The notes beneath the pieces were generated by a model that had not been told where the DNA came from, searched no databases, and was given only the letters and a program-made list of their open reading frames with translations. DNA of 62,681 nucleotides, counting the filler, from Craspedostauros australis (lineage: Eukaryota), in the NCBI GenBank assembly GCA_030167865.1. It is 6 parts of 6 records of this genome, joined end to end, with 100 filler letters (N's around TTAATTAATTAA, not from the genome) between each part and the next. Parts side by side here need not be neighbours in the genome. Positions count along the whole stretch, not along the records: positions 58,578 to 62,681 come from JALAGF010003712.1; 5 more parts are not named here. One strand, written 5' to 3'. Shown piece by piece: positions 58,478-62,681 of the stretch (the stretch's first letter is position 1; every line of letters begins with the position of its first letter). The translations under genes were made by a program, and so were the position numbers.

Positions 58478-58577
58478 NNNNNNNNNNNNNNNNNNNNNNN
58501 NNNNNNNNNNNNNNNNNNNNNTTAATTAATTAANNNNNNNNNNNNNNNNNNNNNNNNNNNNNNNNNNNNNNNNNNNN
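58478..58577. other. Artificial contig linker
   Basis: N44-TTAATTAATTAA-N44. Confidence 0.98.
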
Positions 58578-59259
58578 GAGTAGAGTAGTGATTTGTGCTA
58601 AACTCAGTTTGTATGTTATGAATTAGTTAGTAGTCTTGGTAGGATGAAGAAATGATGCCACACAGTTAATGCGGCTCTGCACTGATCCACATGGTTCAGT
58701 GTTGAGGGCAGACATTGCTCCTTGCTCTTGTTCATCTCTCTTGGTGTTGTTGCATTGTAGCATAGAACATAGCAGCTCATCACTTTATTGGAGTTGAGAA
58801 TACAACAGCGGCTGTGGTTGGAAGTCACCATCGAATTACCTTACTTGATTTGAAGTGGGTCGGATATCCACGCTATGACCATGACAACAATGTGGTTGTC
58901 ATAGCCAATGAGGGAATCGAGACGAGTTGCAGTCAGTTGGATCTGAGGAGCATAGTACTTGTGGAACAGAAGATACTTGTTCAGACAGCTTGCAATCAAG
59001 CCTCTGCCATACAGCTCACACAGCCAACAAAGACCACAGCCATTCCGTTTAGGCTCTAATGACAACAACAACAACAACAATGAGACATTTGGCAACACAG
59101 CAGTATTCTTGACTCGATTAGTGACTCAGATTGTGTAGAAGAGACAAGCGAAGCTAGAGCGTACGTCATTGAGTGCCTGGCTTTGACAACAAAAAAGAGG
59201 AAAATGCTGGCGGCGTACAAGCAAGAGCATGGTAGTATGTGTGACTATGTATGCGGTAA

Positions 59260-61944
59260 CTAGAGTTCTTGACAGGCAGATGGGGATGGTCCAGGGCAAT
59301 CCGCGGTTGCGTCGTCGATTACGTACGTTTTTGTTGCTGGCGTACACAGTGATCCTTGGGCGCAATCTTGGCAGGGGGTGGCTGTTGTGCACACTCCTCC
59401 TTTGACGATGATGTCATTGGTTGCACTGTCACTGTTGCCAAGCCCATTGCACGTGTCCGCACCCGAGCAGGCATCGGCTTCAATGATCGCGTCTCCTGCA
59501 ATTTTGGTCGATGAGAAACGATGCAAATCTTTACAAGCGCCCTCCCCTTTGCAAGCATTCTTTCCGATGAAGACATTTGCCACGACCGGTGTGGTTGTAG
59601 ACCCTTGGTTGGTTCGTCGTGCAAAGTCAAAGCATGCAGTGGTTCCATCGCATGCTCCTTCTTCCACTCGTACAGTACCAAAGATGTTAACTCCAACACC
59701 ACTGCAGGCGCTCGGTGCAACACAAGCTCCTGGCCCGATCACGTTGAATCCGACTTCGACACCAGCAGCTGGCTGAGCTCCGAAGAAATTTCCCAACCGA
59801 AAGCAGGAATTTCCGCCCTTGCAACTGTCAAGTATGATTGCGTTGGGAGATGTGAATCTGCAAGCGCCACCCCCGGTACACGATCCTGAGCTCACCGTCA
59901 TGACACTGCCACTAGAAGGGTCAATGCCACAAGACAAAACATCGTCGCAGCAGTCGCTGCACGCACTCGTCACCACAGTCGCGCTGCCAGTGAAGAGCTT
60001 CTTGTTCTCATTCACGATCGCCAACAATGCGCCGGTCACGCTTTTGTCGTTCTTGATCTTGTCAAAGCGTTCCTGCGCCACCTGGAACGTCACGAGCCCT
60101 GGAGGGTCTTCATCGTTGCATCCAAAGATGCTCTTGATCATCTTCCCGTTCTCACCAAGGGCGTCGACCGCAGAGACAAATTCAGCGCATGTGCCTGTTG
60201 CTCCATCGCACAAGACGTCATCAGTGATGGGATTGAACGTTTGTGTGACGTCACCCGGTGTTGAGAGACATCCAACAGTGATGGATGCAGGGGGGAGGGT
60301 TGGGCTGCTTGTTCTTGTAGGCTCTTGCGAAGGCTGTGAGCTTGGGAGTGCTGACGGTATGCCAGATGGATGGGTGGACGGAAGGTCGGAGGGCGTCTGA
60401 GACAGCAAGTTGGATGGGGCGCTGGTTGGACTGGACGTGAGAGGTGTGGGGAAAGGAGTGGGAGAAAAAGTCGGAGAGTCTGTGGGCAAGGTGTCCTTGC
60501 CAGTACAGTACTCCTCCACTTTGTCACCAGTGGGATTGCCCCCGGAGCTGATGCCTCCCTTTGGGCAGGCTCCATCGATATCGCTGATGAAGTAGAATTC
60601 ATCAGGGCTGCACTCATCCTTCGTCATGCATCCTCTGCAGCCTTTGACGGTGTCACATCCACCAGGAGGGACAACGAGGTCGGTCCTCATCCTGTCATTG
60701 AGGCCCATCTTCTCGCATGACCCATTGGCGGCGCAACCGCCAGCACCAATGGTCAAGCTGCCTGCTGGCTTACCAGCAGTACCATAGTTGACAGTGGAAT
60801 GGGCATCCTTGCAGGCATTGCTGCCGACGCACGCATTCGCCCCGATGTCGATGTGGCTGCGGATGCGAATGGTGCCCTTCTGCGCTACGCGGCGGGCAGC
60901 GGAGTTGCATGCCTCTGACCCAACGCATGCACCGGTCTGGATGGTGACATCACCATGGGAGCGGCGTCCCACGCCCTCGCAAGATTGAGGGGTGGTGCAT
61001 GCCATCTCACCGACGAAGGTGACTCCCGTGATGGACGGGTTGATTTCATTTTCGTTCATCAACTCGCATGCACTCGTGCCAGTGCAGGAGGAATCGAGAA
61101 TGAGGGGATTGGGGCCCATATCCTTGCAGGCGCTGTCGCCAGTGCATGCCGTGATTGCGATGGTCATGAATGGAGGGGAGTTGGAGGCGGAACCGGTGAC
61201 TGAGGTGCATCCCGAAGATCCTTGGCAGCATGGGTCTGCGACGGCAGGCGATTGCATCGCCGCCATGGCCGCGCATGCTGTCTTCATTGCATCCGGACGT
61301 TCAGTGACGAGGAGCGGGTTGGTGGCAGCGATCAACGCCAATTGGCCAGCAAGGATGTCGCTGGATGCGTATTTGTTGAAGAGCTTGCGTGCCGCCGCTT
61401 CTCCCAGGTCTCCTGCGCACGCGAAGAAGTTCTGCAGCTGCTCGGATTCCTTGACGGCGGCCACTGCCACACGGCAGGATGCCTTGGCAGAGTTGCAGAT
61501 GATGGTCTTGGCGCTTACCTCTTGCTGTGAGAGGGCGGTCATACTATCCGGCCTGCAAATGACTTCGATGGTGGAGTCGAAGGTGATTGCGATTGGGGCA
61601 GCTGATGGCTTGGATGTTGGCAGGAGAGTTGGTTGAGACGTTGGCGACGCGGTTGGCGGAGCGACAGGCGTCATGGAGGGCATCTGGGTTGGCGAGGTAG
61701 TCGGCGGCCCCGTAGGCAATGCGGTTGGCGCAGTTGTTTCTGGATCAGTCGGGTTCTCAGTGGGGTTGTTCTTGTTGGTCTTCGTGTCGCCGATGGCCTG
61801 CTTGAGAATGCGGGTCTTCGCCATCATCATGTGGAGTTCCTCGGTTGGATCCACGGGAGTCCTGTTGCCGCGGAGCACGGCGTCGACCGTCGCCGTGTTG
61901 GCGAGAGCGAGAAAGGCGACCAAGGCTGCCTTGGTGTGGATCAT
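59260..61944 (-). CDS. Secreted Cys/Gly-rich repeat protein with two homologous modules and P/T/S linkers
   Basis: Signal peptide MIHTKAALVAFLALANTATVDA starting at 61944, PT-rich stalks, and about 14 CxxxxxC (mostly CxGxxAC) units in two blocks. Confidence 0.8.
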   Translation of the reverse strand: MIHTKAALVAFLALANTATVDAVLRGNRTPVDPTEELHMMMAKTRILKQAIGDTKTNKNNPTENPTDPETTAPTALPTGPPTTSPTQMPSMTPVAPPTASPTSQPTLLPTSKPSAAPIAITFDSTIEVICRPDSMTALSQQEVSAKTIICNSAKASCRVAVAAVKESEQLQNFFACAGDLGEAAARKLFNKYASSDILAGQLALIAATNPLLVTERPDAMKTACAAMAAMQSPAVADPCCQGSSGCTSVTGSASNSPPFMTIAITACTGDSACKDMGPNPLILDSSCTGTSACELMNENEINPSITGVTFVGEMACTTPQSCEGVGRRSHGDVTIQTGACVGSEACNSAARRVAQKGTIRIRSHIDIGANACVGSNACKDAHSTVNYGTAGKPAGSLTIGAGGCAANGSCEKMGLNDRMRTDLVVPPGGCDTVKGCRGCMTKDECSPDEFYFISDIDGACPKGGISSGGNPTGDKVEEYCTGKDTLPTDSPTFSPTPFPTPLTSSPTSAPSNLLSQTPSDLPSTHPSGIPSALPSSQPSQEPTRTSSPTLPPASITVGCLSTPGDVTQTFNPITDDVLCDGATGTCAEFVSAVDALGENGKMIKSIFGCNDEDPPGLVTFQVAQERFDKIKNDKSVTGALLAIVNENKKLFTGSATVVTSACSDCCDDVLSCGIDPSSGSVMTVSSGSCTGGGACRFTSPNAIILDSCKGGNSCFRLGNFFGAQPAAGVEVGFNVIGPGACVAPSACSGVGVNIFGTVRVEEGACDGTTACFDFARRTNQGSTTTPVVANVFIGKNACKGEGACKDLHRFSSTKIAGDAIIEADACSGADTCNGLGNSDSATNDIIVKGGVCTTATPCQDCAQGSLCTPATKTYVIDDATADCPGPSPSACQEL

Positions 61945-62681
61945 GGTTGCTTGGTGGTTGCTGCTTGTCGGTTGCTTGGATTGTGTACTGCGATTCATGT
62001 ACGTGATTGACACGGATGGAGTAGTGTAGCGCAGCGCATTGCGAAGTGCGGGAACAGAAGTACTCGTACCGGTGGGGTACGAAACGTGTGGGGTTGAGTT
62101 GAGTTGGGCAGAACAGATTAGAGCGGAGTCGGCGGCGATGACACCGTATGCAACCAACATGCAAAGGCAAGCATGTGATCGGAACGACAAGTGTGGGGGA
62201 CGCGTGGCATAATTACGCATCACACCTCCCATGACGATGGCAGCTGATCCGGAGGGAGCATCCTCCCCAGATGCTGCCGGTGATGCCGATGCTCTCGATG
62301 TGTGCTCCAACTTGAGGCATCACGCTGCGTCGGGTAGGACGAGAGTTGCGAACGAATCTTCCCATCATTCACTCTTGGCCATACAGACATTCATTCATGT
62401 TGCAAATCTGCGTCTGCAATTGATTGATGAGCGGAACGTACCTTTGGTTTGTATCTGGCTTCGGCCGGAGAGAGGTTTGTGAACACCTGGCAACGCTTGT
62501 CGATTGCTGTGTGGTGATGCTGTGCTTCGGAGTACAATCTGTTCGTTGATTGTATTTTGTTGCCAGATGCTGTGTGGATGGTGTGTTGCCAAGGAAGTGA
62601 TCGTCGCAGATGAGAACACAAGTGCACGTGCAGTGAGACACACAGAGAGGAATAGTGCGATGGGGCTGTGTTGTTGTCGTT

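Overview
This is eukaryotic nuclear DNA, most likely from a diatom or related stramenopile. The evidence is GT-AG introns, bipartite plastid presequences, nuclear-encoded plastid rpl9, CBP20 and an HSF. The window is six contigs (1-7260, 7361-38894, 38995-42474, 42575-46977, 47078-58477, 58578-62681) joined by artificial 100-nt N44-TTAATTAATTAA-N44 linkers. Ordinary genes include an SDR, a class-V aminotransferase/cysteine desulfurase, an OSCA/TMEM63-like channel, two nodulin-like MFS transporters, a fucosyltransferase-like GT, rpl9, CBP20, HSF, a partial P450, a Cid1/TUTase and a beta-helix CAZyme-like protein. Five things stand out. (1) A repeated [decayed FAD monooxygenase + LRR-like gene] unit whose three LRR copies are nearly identical in scaffold DNA but hypervariable in short patches on the predicted exposed beta-strands, as in receptor diversification. 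(2) Two convergent carnitine acyltransferase genes form a 1.6-kb inverted repeat with a shared core but different C-termini, only one ending in peroxisomal -SKL, and they flank a potentially invertible ~8-kb segment. (3) An M11/gametolysin-like surface protein has lost all zinc ligands. (4) Trp codons are repeatedly converted to stops across four unrelated genes. (5) A secreted two-module Cys-ladder repeat protein. All assignments come from motif recognition by eye; no searches were run.
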